A stretch of 64,000 bases of DNA from Yuukianura sp. NJ FZ-2021 (taxonomy: Eukaryota): NCBI GenBank assembly GCA_046563655.1, contig CM102290.1:4278001-4342000 (forward strand). Reading direction: 5' to 3'. A model generated the notes under the pieces. It had not been told where the DNA came from and made no database searches. It saw only the letters and a program-made list of their open reading frames with translations. Both the position numbers and the translations under genes were made by a program. How positions within the stretch are numbered: the first letter of the stretch is position 1; each line of letters opens with the position of its first letter. Of this stretch, positions 50,215 to 62,700 are shown piece by piece.

Positions 50215-53200
50215 ATGAATATGGAGGAGAGTTCTGAAATTAAAAGAAAGCAGAATCGACTCACTATTAAGCAAGGGAAGACTAAAGAAAAAGAAGACAA
50301 GGCTGACTCGAAGAAAACTCCAAAGAAGCTTGGGAAAGTCGACGAGAAAGGACAAGGCGACGAGGTTGAGGCCGATGGACATGGACATGATGAAGGGCCT
50401 CCTCTGAAAAAACCGAAACGGAAGCTACGAAAACCTACAGCCGAAGAGGACATAATTGATGGCTTTGCCATCCTCGCTTTCAAGAACTATGACGAACTCA
50501 CGGTAGGCTCAACTTTTTAGTCATTTTACTTAATTACTCTGTTCAATGTAACAGGAAGTTGTTCCAGTTGTAATCCTGGTTTCATTCTTACATTTCCGCA
50601 AAGCAAGGAGGTCTTCCACTGTAAATGAATAAGAGGAGCCACAGTTAGTTTAGATTGTCAAAATGGACAATCTTAAAACAATGCTTAGTAAATCGTTAGG
50701 CCGAGATTCATTACGACTGACTCAGAAGATGTCTTAACACTTTATTAACTTTGTGGAGCATGATGTGTGGCCCAACGAGGCCAAAGGTTACGTTTATCTC
50801 TTGTTTGTGATCATGAGTTTCTAAACATCGGAGATGAATCGTTGCATAAACTTATGGAAAGTGTTGAACCACTACTTATTTACTCACGACGAAACAGACA
50901 TTGCGTAGTACCGAGTTTCACGAGCTACAAAGTTCGTTTTTTTCTAAATAAGAGGCAGAAGCCTCTTACACAAAAAAAAACGAGACAAGTGCTTTTTATA
51001 TTTTTTCATAATGCTGAAAAGGTATAAGACAGTTTACATGCACTTCCCAAAATTTAAACATTATACGACTTCTGTTTGAAAACGAGTTCTGTAATCACAC
51101 TGAATTAAATTCAGTAAATAACATGATGTCATGTATTTGTACTTTTGCCAAAACCAATAATTCCCAACTTAACAACTGTTTTTTTTTGCCATTTGATAAG
51201 TGCGGAAAAATGCAGCGAAGTGAATCAAATATCTTCCTGTCATTTGAGAACTCTCATTTCCCAAATTAAAAAGGCGGTTTAGGAAAATGAGTAAATTCTC
51301 ATGATTACGTAATGATGGCATGTTCTTGTTAATCTTTTAGTTTCAGATGAGTACAGTTTCTAACATCCGCCAACTACAACTTACAAGTTCCTTGCAATTT
51401 TTTTTATTTATGCCAATGTATTTCTCTCCACAAAAGTCAGAGAGGCTGGAATGGGCCTAACCTACTCATCCAATAATACTAATGTGATTGTAATCTTCCT
51501 GTTTTCTATTGTTTTCAGAGAGCAATCAAATTAGGAGAAAATTCGGATTCACGGTTATGTGTTCAGTTGTTGAGGCGAGCGGAAGACGGTTCCGTCTGTA
51601 AAAGTGTGAAGGAAAAGAAAACAAGTCCTAAGGCTAAAAATTCTCCTTCACCAAAACTCAAATCACCGAAACCCAATTCGACAAGTCCAAACAAAAAGAA
51701 GGTAACTTACTTCTTCTTTTTCCGCTTCATTTTCTAGTTTCTTTATACAGTAGAAGTAACATAAGAGGATTTGAGAGGGCTTTTGACTTGTCAGAGATCT
51801 CACTTTTCCGCTCTGTTTTTGGAAAATGGTAAAAAGGGAGAAAGCGAGGAGAGAGTTTTCGAAATTCCACAGTCGGTGTTGCCAAATGGGCTTGCTCGGT
51901 GAAAGTTTTAACAGAATGCAACAAAAGAGCATGAGGAAGGTCTGGAGAAAGTTTTTTGTTGGTGAAAACTTTTTTTTTAACTGAATGTGAACATTAGGGT
52001 TGAGCCAAAGGAGGGCTAATTACTCGTTTTATGTAAGTGATGAGGTTGGATGGAGAGTCCGTGTTTGAAGAATGGCGTATTAAATGTAGGAGGAAGTTCG
52101 TGAAAAGAAAGTTGGAGAAAGGATAATAGATAATTTTAGTAAGGAAGGGAGAGTTCCTGGAATGGTGTAGCAGCATGTTGTTAAGAAGAGGGTAGGCGTC
52201 TAGTGAAAGTGTTCTATATTTTTCCTGACTGTTACTGTATAAGGTTTTGGGTTGTTGGTTAGGCTAGAAGGTCTTATAGTACTGTGGTAGGATCGAAATA
52301 AAAGCTGGAAGAGAAAATCAGTGGTCATCTCACGTCTAATTTGAGATGGGAAGTCGACTTTCTTCCGCCGTGTGAAACAGACGTTAACCTTTATTGAGGA
52401 GACGGAAAATGTATGTTGAGAACGTGAGCCGGGCAACAAATATCATTTTATGCTGACGGAAACTACTGTCTTTTTCCTCTGCCTCTTTCTAAAGTATTAT
52501 TTCCCTCTTGTGCAGAAGAAAAAGTAGTGACTAGTACTTGTACTTACCTCCTACTTGTAGTCACTACGGCGTCTAGCACTTTACTATAGTCTGTTCTCTA
52601 CGGACTTCTCCGGCCGAAGTCTCTCTGTTCTGAATCTAACCTCAACATGCCACTTGAAGCAAAGGACTTTCTCCTTGTGCTTTTACTACAACGCTTCTTC
52701 CTCCCTTGTAGTCGCTCTACTTCCAACTAAACAAACCCCCTTTGCTCCCACATCTTTTCTCTTTCCCTAGTGGATGCGGAGAAAAACAATAAATTTCCCC
52801 CTTTGTTCCCTATGTTATTAAAACATAATCGTCGTCCTTTCTCCTCTCTTTCTCTCTTTTTTCGATCACTGAAACTCTCGAGTTGCTGTTCTGTTGGCAA
52901 TGGTACTGGATAATATGTATGAAAATGATATACCAAATAATGTAATAATATAAGAGTAATATACTAAATAAGGCTCTTGAAATATATTCTTCTTGAGCGG
53001 TTGTATGTTATGGGGGAATATGTTTATGGGTTATAACTGTAAATATCTAATATCGTATTTTGTCGGCACTTCTGTTGGCATAAGTACGATCCTCATCAAT
53101 AACATTGGTTTTTATGAACAGATTTGAAACAGTGCGTATTACTTCTCTCACTCTTCCACTAGGTTATATCTATATGTACTATACAAAAATAACACTTCAC

Positions 53201-55831
53201 TAGAACTTTTGATTTCTATCGAGAAAAATTGACATTTCACTTCCTTTGCAACTGGTACATGCTAGACCGTGTCACAACGACTAACATGTCTCTGGTTGAC
53301 TTTCTTTCGTTTCCTGCCTCCTTTCTCCAGTCTGCAATGCAATCTGGACCCACTTTTCGTTGATATTTATGGCGCATTGAAACACGAGGACGGGAAATAT
53401 GAAATCAAGTTCATGTGAGGCTGGATCTTTCTTATTTGTTGGAACGGAGATTTCAGATGTCCCGTTATGTCCCATTTTTTTATTTGGCTAAACTGCAATG
53501 ACTTCTTTTGGTTACTAATTTGGGGTAGACGCAAGCAATGAGGAAGTGGATGTGACGATGTGAGGTTTCTTAAAAATTGTTGATGTTTAGACGTAAATTG
53601 CGATGCTCAGCAGTTTATGGAACGGGGGAAACAGTTAAGGCGGTGTGAAGTGATGGACGGGGTCACGGGGCCACTCAATGGGCAGTGGGGTGACTAATTC
53701 ATTGTTTATAAGAATCAGTTTTCTTAACGGGATTTTATCACCCTGGTCCAAGACGATTGTTTACTGCGCGTGGAGAATAACTGCTTTCTGCAGAAGTTAA
53801 TGTTTACAACCATTGTTTCTAGTTTTGGATTTATTTGACATTGTTCTCCGTTTGTATATACTTAAGTGGTCTAGCTTTTTGGTTTTTAGTTTAGTTGAAA
53901 GGAAGGAGTGACTGAGTAAAGTTGTCATTTGACAATCCTTGTTAAATTCCAATTAAAGTTTAATTACTTTGTTTGTTGGAATGTTTAAGGAGACGCCTGA
54001 GAACATGGCCAACAAGCTGCCGGGCAGCGGAAGCGGAACTGAGAAAAAGAAGAGAAAGTCGGAGAGTGCTGTTGGGAATTCAAAGAAAAAACAGCGTCCG
54101 AGCAATGGGGCCACGACGACTAAGGAGAACTTGCACACGGTAAGGTTTGCATTCTGTTTTAATCTTCTTAAGCTACTCTGTCCTGGTTAGGTTACGAGAC
54201 TAAGAAAATCCGGCGCAGAATAACAAAATGCTGGCAGAAAGAGAAAGTAGGTTTGTTTGAGCTGGGCTGTATGCTGCCAGTCAAGTTTTGGAGGGATGGG
54301 TTGATATTGATTCCTCCTTTATAATTTAGAAGCCCGGGTTTTTATGATAAATCTGTTTCGTTCTCATTTGGAGAAAGGTGCAGAGTTGGGAGGTAAAGTT
54401 CCTGCTGGAGACCATTTCCTGTTTTATTGAGCTTTTATTTCAGTTTCCTGTCTAAGGTGACTGCGTAGGAACCTATGGTTCAATTCGTCTAGTCTCAGTA
54501 GTAGTGTGTTGCTGGAGTTCAGTTTTGGCGGTTCGTTTTGTTCGGGAGGGGAGTTTCGTCGTTTTTATGTCCTTGTTTCCTGGAAGCTGGGTTATAGTGT
54601 GCCTCCGGAGGCGTGGATATGATCTGGGTCTTTCACTCCACACTTTCACCTGCTCCTTTTCTCCTAGTATGTATTCCTAGTACTTGGTTTCTTTGTGGGC
54701 TTTTGCTTGTGTACTAACGAAATAAGAATTCAGAGTTCTCTTGTTGGGCTTCTGTTGGGGAAAAGAGAGAGCCGTGCCTGTCAATAAACTTGTTTATGAA
54801 CTTTCTCCGCCATGCCGGTCCATATTTAGCTCAACTTTATACTATCTACGCCTACGCTTACCAAAACTAAACAAGACCAAAGGCTTATGAACAATATATC
54901 AGCGTAAATCTCGGAAACACAGTTTGGTGTTATATGTAACACTGGTTTTGGAAGGTTGGTTTTATAGCGAGCCTGCGTAAAATTCAAAGCAAAGCAACAA
55001 AGTTGAAAGCGTTTCGTATAATTTATGAAATTGTTGTAATACTTTCTAGGCTACGATTGAATTTCGGATTTTTTTAAACGTAAAGGTGGAGTTCCCTCGT
55101 TCCAAATTTTTTAAGTTTTAGAAGAAAGTCAAAGGTTAGGTTAGGTAATTTTTTGTTTTGTAGAAAACGTTTGGAAATGGCTTAAAACGTCCTGAAAAGT
55201 GATTTGGAAGGCAAATTTTTTTTTTCGCAAAACAAAGTTTTTTTTTTGGATCCGAAAAATTTTGGGTGCAGTTTGAAATTTGAAGTAATCCAGTGATGTT
55301 TCCATTTTAGTACATAGACTAGTTCTCTGCTTCAGTTGAGTTTAACAAGTCTACAGCACGGGAGGTTATAGCGTCTCCGTTCCTTGGATTCCTAAAACCC
55401 GAAATGCCTGAACTTCACCCTGCTGCTCCACGTGGCTGCTACCCGTTTCGGGGCTAATGTTTGTATGAACCCAGGCGTTTATGTAGATTTTGTGGTGAAT
55501 AGTGGAGGGGGAGAGCCCAGGGATCAATTAAATCTCACCGTTCCCATGTTCTTCATGTGTCTTTCACACTTTCTCGCTTCTTTTACCAAAGCCACTTCAA
55601 AGTTATCCAATCCACAAAAAGAGCATGGATTTCCCTATCAATTCTTCAGGAAATTAAATTATGACGAGAATGTTTGGCGAGGAGCGAGGACTTGTTGTCC
55701 AAAAATTGTTTTTGTTAACATATTCAACTCGGTTTTGGAATTAATTTTTAGTTTCGTTAAGCTTTCTCTTTTAAATATTTATTTGATCGTTTCAGGTCCC
55801 ATGTGAAACTGTGACTGAAGGCAGCAAACTG
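50215..55831 (+). CDS. tay: AUTS2/fibrosin-like (tay bridge) family protein, 5' exons; gene continues beyond the right edge
   Basis: Exon 50215-50502 has a Lys-rich region and EEDIIDGFAILAF, the AUTS2/FBRSL1/tay N-terminal signature. Phase-0 exons follow at 51519-51701, 53990-54139 and 55796-55831, separated by large introns. Confidence 0.8.
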
Positions 55832-56559
55832 GTAAGTGTTTTTTTCTTCTTCTATTATCGTATGGTCATTATTTCGGCGAAGGCTTAAGTAATTGAAGAA
55901 GGCTTTTGGTGTATTTTGGTACTATGTGTTGTGTGTTTGCGTGGAGAAAAGATAGTTGTGTCGAGGAGAAAAGTCTGGCGAAAGATTGAAGGTTGATGAT
56001 GAGGCGGAGTAATGGATAGATGTGCTTGTACAATGTCAGTCGATAGAATACTAAAGTGAAGTAAACAGAGAAGTGTGTTTAGCGGACCATAAAGATAAAA
56101 GCAGGATTCTCTCCTCAGCCTTTTGTTTATAACTTTTCTCCTTGTGCTCACTTTTCAAAGTTAGTCCAGCTAAAAATACCGCAAGGTCTCAAACTTTTTA
56201 GTATTCAAAAATTCCCTCCTCTTTCTAAAAGTTGGTTCCAATATGTCAGTCAGGCAGGCTTTTGAGCATTCAGAGTGTCAAAGTGGCAAGGACTAGTATT
56301 TTGGTTGGTGGGAGGAGAGAAGGAACGTGGTAAAGGCGCAATGAATGCGTGTCAATTACGTGCTGTAGAGGAAGTAACTACTATGTAATTTGCTACCAGA
56401 GTTATGCCAATTTGATTTTCATTGTTTCAAATCGTTTAGAAATTTGAGCTTAACAGGGCAAATTTTATTGAAACGTTTAAATCGCTACTAGCCTTTGACC
56501 TAAATGGGATCGTGCGTTTTGCCAAATTGTGAACGATGAGGCAGGGTTATAAGTAGGGA

Positions 56560-56770
56560 AAAGCGAAAGCTGCTTCGTAGTTTGATTTTGTCTGTCTGTC
56601 TGTCTTGCCGGTTGTCTGTCGGGATTTGTTCTCCGTTGATTACCCAGTGACTCCGGGATGCTCATTATCGAATATACGTGTCATTTACTTTTTACTTTTG
56701 CCGTTTTGAATAATAGCTAGCGCACCATCATCTTTCAATACTTCCCTACACCGATTTAGAACCGTTTATT
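56560..56770 (-). mobile_element. Second DINE/Helitron-like relic, in a tay intron, opposite orientation
   Basis: On the minus strand, AAATCGGTGTAGGG is followed about 130 nt later by GACAGACAGACAGACA, the same core-plus-microsatellite arrangement as 46720-46849 but diverged. Confidence 0.4.
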
Positions 56771-59700
56771 TTAAAAGTTGTGATGTACTTTCTAAACTTT
56801 ACGCTCTAAACTGTGGACAGTGACAAGTTGGCGAGAAGGAGGGAGGAAGCTAGTAAGAGTTTTACGGTTTCCGCTGCAACGTTATGCCAAAATCAGCTGG
56901 CGTTATTATTACATTTTATGGGAAAGTTTTACAACAAGCGTAGTCTTTTTTGGAGGAGTTGTGAATATGCCCAAGTTGGTCTTGATGGGCAGACGACTAG
57001 GAACTTTCCTAATTTTCCTGTGATGAATAGGATTCGAGATGAGGTTTTTGCTTGCTCGTCGTGATGATGGGTCTGGAAGATGTTGAACCTATTCTGTGGA
57101 AATTCTGGACTGGAAGTAGGCTGAACCCAAGTTAGGTTTTGGATAAAACGACTCATAAAATTCTCCTTGTCTGTGTAAATACAAAAGACTGACATAAAAT
57201 CCGGAAAATCTAGGAAGGAACATAGGCTTTTGCCCTACTTCCACAATTTCCCTCCATTACTTCCCTTTATAATGTCATTATTATATGGGGAACATAGCAC
57301 TTTCTATGTTCAGAAGAAAAATGAATCCAGAGTACTTGAGGGCGTGTCAATAGGTGAAACGGTTTAAAATTATGTTAAATCTACATGGAGGAGCAATTTT
57401 CGGTAGGAATATGTAATTTGGTTCTTTTGGTTATGAATTAAAGTATGCCCACCGTTCATTTTGATACTGAAAATATTGACACTAAAATGTTGCGGTGAAA
57501 GTTTGGATGTAAATGGAAGGATGGAGTTATTGGTCTATTTTCTTTTTGGGTTTCACGATCTGATTCAGAGCAAATGATGTAAAAGTGGAGAAAACGAGAA
57601 AAGTAGGGGTTTGATGGAACAGAAGCGGGAGAAAGCATTGTTAAGGTGGTAATTCTTTTTACATTTCGAGAAAGGCGGTTACTTTTGATTTTGAAATAGT
57701 TTTATGCAATTTTTAAGGAGAAAGTTTTATCTAAATTTCCACTTGTTAGGTTCGGTACAGGGTTAGTTAGGTTAAGTTTTGGAATGTGTGAGATTGAAAA
57801 TTCAAGTTTTAGTGGATAGCCTGTCATAATAATAATGTTGTGTTGTGTATTTGTGTGAAAGGGGTTAGGATTTGTTTGTGCTTTGAGTCTGTGTCATGTG
57901 TAGAGGAGTGTTTTGTGTTTCATTTGTGCTAAAAGGATTGAGGGCGGAATGCTCTTGTGGAGAAAGGATAACCCGAAGGCATTCTGCCCATCTTCTTTTC
58001 TGCTCATCTTCCTTAATGGACGCTGTGCGGTGGTTCACCTTTAATCTGAAATGCTGAGATACTTATTGAGTCAAAGCATGTTTAGAGCATCATCTCTTTC
58101 CCTTTTCCTTCTCGTCTGCCACTTGGCAGTGGAGAACTGCTGGAAGAATGGGAAAACATAGGCTAGGCGTGTTAGTGAAAGTCCTACACTTTCTCCCCTC
58201 TCCCTTTCTTCTTCCTTTTAGCCTGCGTTCCGCTTTGCTCTGCTTCTGCTCTGGAACTATGGCCTCTCCTGCTCCCTTTGACTCAAACTCCATGTAAAGA
58301 CTTTGGCTGGAAAGTAAAGTTAGGAGCTCAAGAAAAAGAATTTTAGCCAAGAGATGGAGAGACGAGGAACGAAAAACGAAAACGGCACTACCCGAGTCTT
58401 GCACGGCTTCTGAAAGGCTGAAAAGTAAAACTTCGGTTGAAGAAATTAGAATTGAGGCTAATTTTGGGCTATTTCGGTAGATGGATTGTGATTTCAGTTT
58501 TTATGGATTAGTTGCTCTAGGTTAGTCTGGTTGGTTTATGAAAAGATTTGTGATTTTGTGGTGTAGTCTTTTTAATGTGATTGAAATTTGTTTGAATTAT
58601 GATGAAATTTTGAAGGGGAGGACATCAATCAGATTGCGTGGTACTATGATGTGGTACAAATGGGAATAAAAGGTGTGAAGATGTGGATGAATCAATTGAA
58701 AATGTTTCGAGGCAGAAATAACGTAGTTTTTAATCTTTTCATGGGAGAAGAATGTGATGTGACTGGTTGAGTTGCTTTTTCGGTCTTTTTTCACAATTCT
58801 CTACATTTTTTTTTTAACTTTCCAAATTACACGAAAAGTGTGTCTGTTCTGGAAAAATGGACAACAACGGCCTCCAGGTTTTGAGTATTTTTTGTGTTAG
58901 GTTTAAGGTGAAAGGGAGTGAATCCAGAAGTGGAAAATATGAGTAAAAGGGAGAGAGATTGGAAGAATCATAAACAGGAAAGGAAATCATTGGAGCTGAT
59001 TTGAGAGTTTACGTGTGTAGAGGAAATTATTTCAACGCTTGACGGATTCCAAAAATTTGATTTGGAGAAAAGGAGAGGAAGAAATTTTATTTTATTGGAT
59101 GAAGAGGACGGGGGAATTGAGCTACTGGAAATTTCTTGTTTGCTGGAGGCTTATTTCTCTTCTCTCTTTCCATTTTACCCGGGTTTCTTTTCCTGCTTTT
59201 CCCGGTTGCTTCCTTGTCATCTCTGATTCCCTGACTTTCTCTTCTGTTTCGTCTATGTTCTTTTTCGTCTCGTTTTCTTTTGTCGTCGTTCGGAGGATGG
59301 AGAGGGAGAGAAAAAGTCTTGTATTTACTTTGAAGATGAGGGAGAAAATGCTAAGAATATTCTCCGACTTCATAAAAATCTAATCTCCCTTTTCATTCGC
59401 TTCTTTACCTTGTTTTCTCTTTCCTTTCTAACCTGAATTCTCCAGAGAGGAAAATATCCGTATCATCTTATGTTATTGCTCGCTTTCCTCGATGCACATT
59501 ATTTTTTTTCTAGCTTCTTTCTGAGTTTTTATAAAATGGAATTTGATACAGAAGTGCTTTCTGACTGTGTTTCAAAAGCGGAAGGGTTTACATGCTTGTG
59601 AAAGGGCGATATTTCCTTAACCTGAATCCTATGATGTTGTCTCCTTATTGAAGTTACGTTTAAAAGAAAATTAGTTTCCCGATTACCTTTTTACTCGTAC

Positions 59701-62700
59701 TTTTTTTCCGTCCGTGGGCTTTTTTTATGTATTTATTCCGGAGAAAGTTGGGCAGAGAGAAAGCCACGACGGAATTTTGAGCTTGAAACTAGATTAAGTT
59801 ACTTGCGTCTGCTGTCTTCTTCAAAGGGAAAGTAAATACGTTTAAGGTTTTAATTTCGCGCTCTTCTTGTGCCTCCCTTCCTACCGCTCCTTTCTCTCTC
59901 TGAGCTGTCTAAAACTTTGTTGTTGGGCTGGAAATGCATTTTGATGGAAGTCGACTGGAAGCCTTTACTGTGTAGACAAGATCTCCCAGTGTGGTATCCA
60001 GCCTCTCCCCCTCAGTCATATCAACTCGTTGAGTGAAATGGAAAAGAAGCGACGAGTGTTTGAAATTGGTTAGAAGTAGGCATGGAGAATGGGAATAAGC
60101 CTTTTAGTTAACCTTCTCCAAATCAATTTCAAGTTGACTTGAACAAATTGCTTGTGGGCTGGAGCAGGGGAACATTCCCCTTGCAAACCGTCCGCTTTGT
60201 AGTACAACTGCTGAAAAGAAAGTTTAATGCTTTTGTTGTGTTGTTATTTTCCTTTGATTTTGGTTTCCAAGGCTGGGAGAAATGGTCTCATGAATTCTTA
60301 TATTGGTGGGTTGGTCCATGGAACTGGAGCTGCGTCTGTAGATTCTTAAAGAGAGATAGATGGAAGTTGGGTTACGGAGTTTTAGGTTAGGTTAACCTAA
60401 GGGAGAAAGTGAAAAAGGAGCTGGAGTCTGCCGGGGGATCAGAGTAAACAGAAGGAGCATGCATGAGGAATGGGCTAAAGATTGTGAGTATTGATCGTTA
60501 GTCGTTAGAGGCAAACAAAAGGAGAAGTTATTTGGCTCCCTGGTACTCTTTTTTTTTGTGGCCTGCTCTGCCGGAGAAAGTTGGAAGTTGAAAAAATGAT
60601 CTCTGAGGAAAGTCTTGGGGGACTTGTGTGTCTTATGTGTGGTGAAAAGTGAAATCCGGTCATTGACTGCACCGCGGTTATGGAGCCAGGAGGTTGGTAG
60701 AGTTCTAACTCTTTGGAGATGGCTTTCAAACAGACTGGGATGTGAATCTCTGTTTGGGAGAATGGAGAAAGTGGAGTCGTTATAAATTATGTCCTTCCAT
60801 TGGGTGTGGGTTATCAATCTAATGAAAACCACACAATGTTTTATGCTACCTCTCCGACTCAATTACATTAACAAGAACTGCCACACGTTACGACATAAGT
60901 CTTTCTCCTAGTTTTCACTGTTTCCGAAACATAATATTTATGTGATACAACTTTCTCCAATTGCCTTTTTCTACTCAAATTCTTTATAAAAAAAATCAAT
61001 TTTGCATACATTTCTAAGCATTAGCGAGTGAATATTGCCTTTACGTTAGAAATTGCAAATGAGGAAGCTGTGCCGAAAATACATTAGTGCAATCCGAACA
61101 GGTTTTTGGTGGAAAATGGTCGAACGAAACTTCAAGCGAAACTGAGAAGATCAATTAAAAAATCATTTTTGACTAAGCATTGTTCACAAAATTTTGGCCG
61201 TAATTTTTCTCGAACTTATTTGAAATTTTGTGCCTTTGTGCTATACTGGATTGGCAAATTTTGTGTAGCTTAGAGGGACATGGTCAATATGCGGACTCCA
61301 AGATAGTCTTGTTTAATGAGTAATTGCGAAACTCGACAAAACATATCTGTTCATCACTTTTGGAGTTTCCTGCCTCCCTCCGCTTAAAGTAATCATAGTT
61401 TGAGTTGAAACTGGGAGAAAGTAGTGCTAAAATAATGTAACTGATCCATTTGATTATATGGTTTGACTTGTCCATTAGATTTGAAAGTCGATCACAACTT
61501 TGGTAGGGGCAACTGCCGCTGCCAGGACCATTCCTCGTATTTATGCTCCATTTGCATGCGATGTGGGGAAATGGGGAATTGCAAAAAAGAAAATTGTATT
61601 CTTCCTTGCAGTTTGTTACAAGAGTAGTGGGCATAGGGAGGGAGAAAGGCGGTTATCAGGATCATGGTTTTATCCATTAATGCCTCTCCATCATCAACTT
61701 TTCCAACGGTCGACTGACTCTTCTTGGTCGAAGAAATAACATTATGTGGATTTAGCACGCGAAATAGTCTCCTCCATTAGTCTGGAAAGGGTTGGAGTTG
61801 AGCCCAAAACCACGGCGCAACCAACCAACCATCTCCTCCAACTTTCACCTCAAATTAGGATGCTCGACGTCCAAAACGACAGGCCCAGACTTGTTATTAT
61901 TTTTTATGGTCTGTGCTCAATGGGAACGTAACGAAGGGGAAAGGTCACACAAGTTAAACCTAACGTAGGGAATTTGTGGACTAAAGTGTGGTTCAAATGG
62001 CTAGGTTTCACACCCCCTTCGAGTGTTTAGCTGAAATTAATACTTTTAGTCGTCTCAAATGGACGTGAAAAGAGGTGGGTTGTGACATTTGAGCACCAAT
62101 GGGGAAATGACATAAGTTTTGTTGATGGAGTTAGATGGATGAAAGGAATTGTCAATTTGATTATACGTTTTCAGGTTTGTGCCACCGTCAGGAAAACCAT
62201 GATTGAGTTGCAGAAACTTTTACTTCAATTTCCGATTTCCCGTCATTCTCCCTTTCCTCTTTTCCACAGTTCTGTAGTTGATGTTTACTTTTAAAGTGAA
62301 AGTTGTGTTTTGATGAATGAATTAGTTTCAGTTGGATTCTGGAAGTGATTTGGTTAGATTAGGGTTAGAGTGAAAGATAACTTTCTCCGAGGATTAACTC
62401 TGCTCTCTGTGTCAAGTAGTACAGAATTCAAGTTCTGGTTGGTTTAACATGATGACATGTCGCCTTTCATGGCATTATTAGTAGAATTTAGGTTGTGTTT
62501 ATGTTATCCTTTGGCTTTCTGGAATTGTGGTTGTTGAGACTTGTTCAATTGAATTGAGTAGTATATGGATTCATGGGTGGAGCATGAATAGAAGAAGTTG
62601 GGAGATGAAATTTTAGTAGGGTACTAAAAACTAAAGGAATTTGTGAGGAATGAAGACTGTAGCACACTCATCCTACTGCGCATTTGGAAAGCTGTCAAGT

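Noticed and set aside
55130..60400. TTAGG/CCTAA motifs (e.g. ~55136, ~57765, ~60383; also ~10955) as interstitial telomere
   Set aside because: Only two or three units each, dispersed; not an array.
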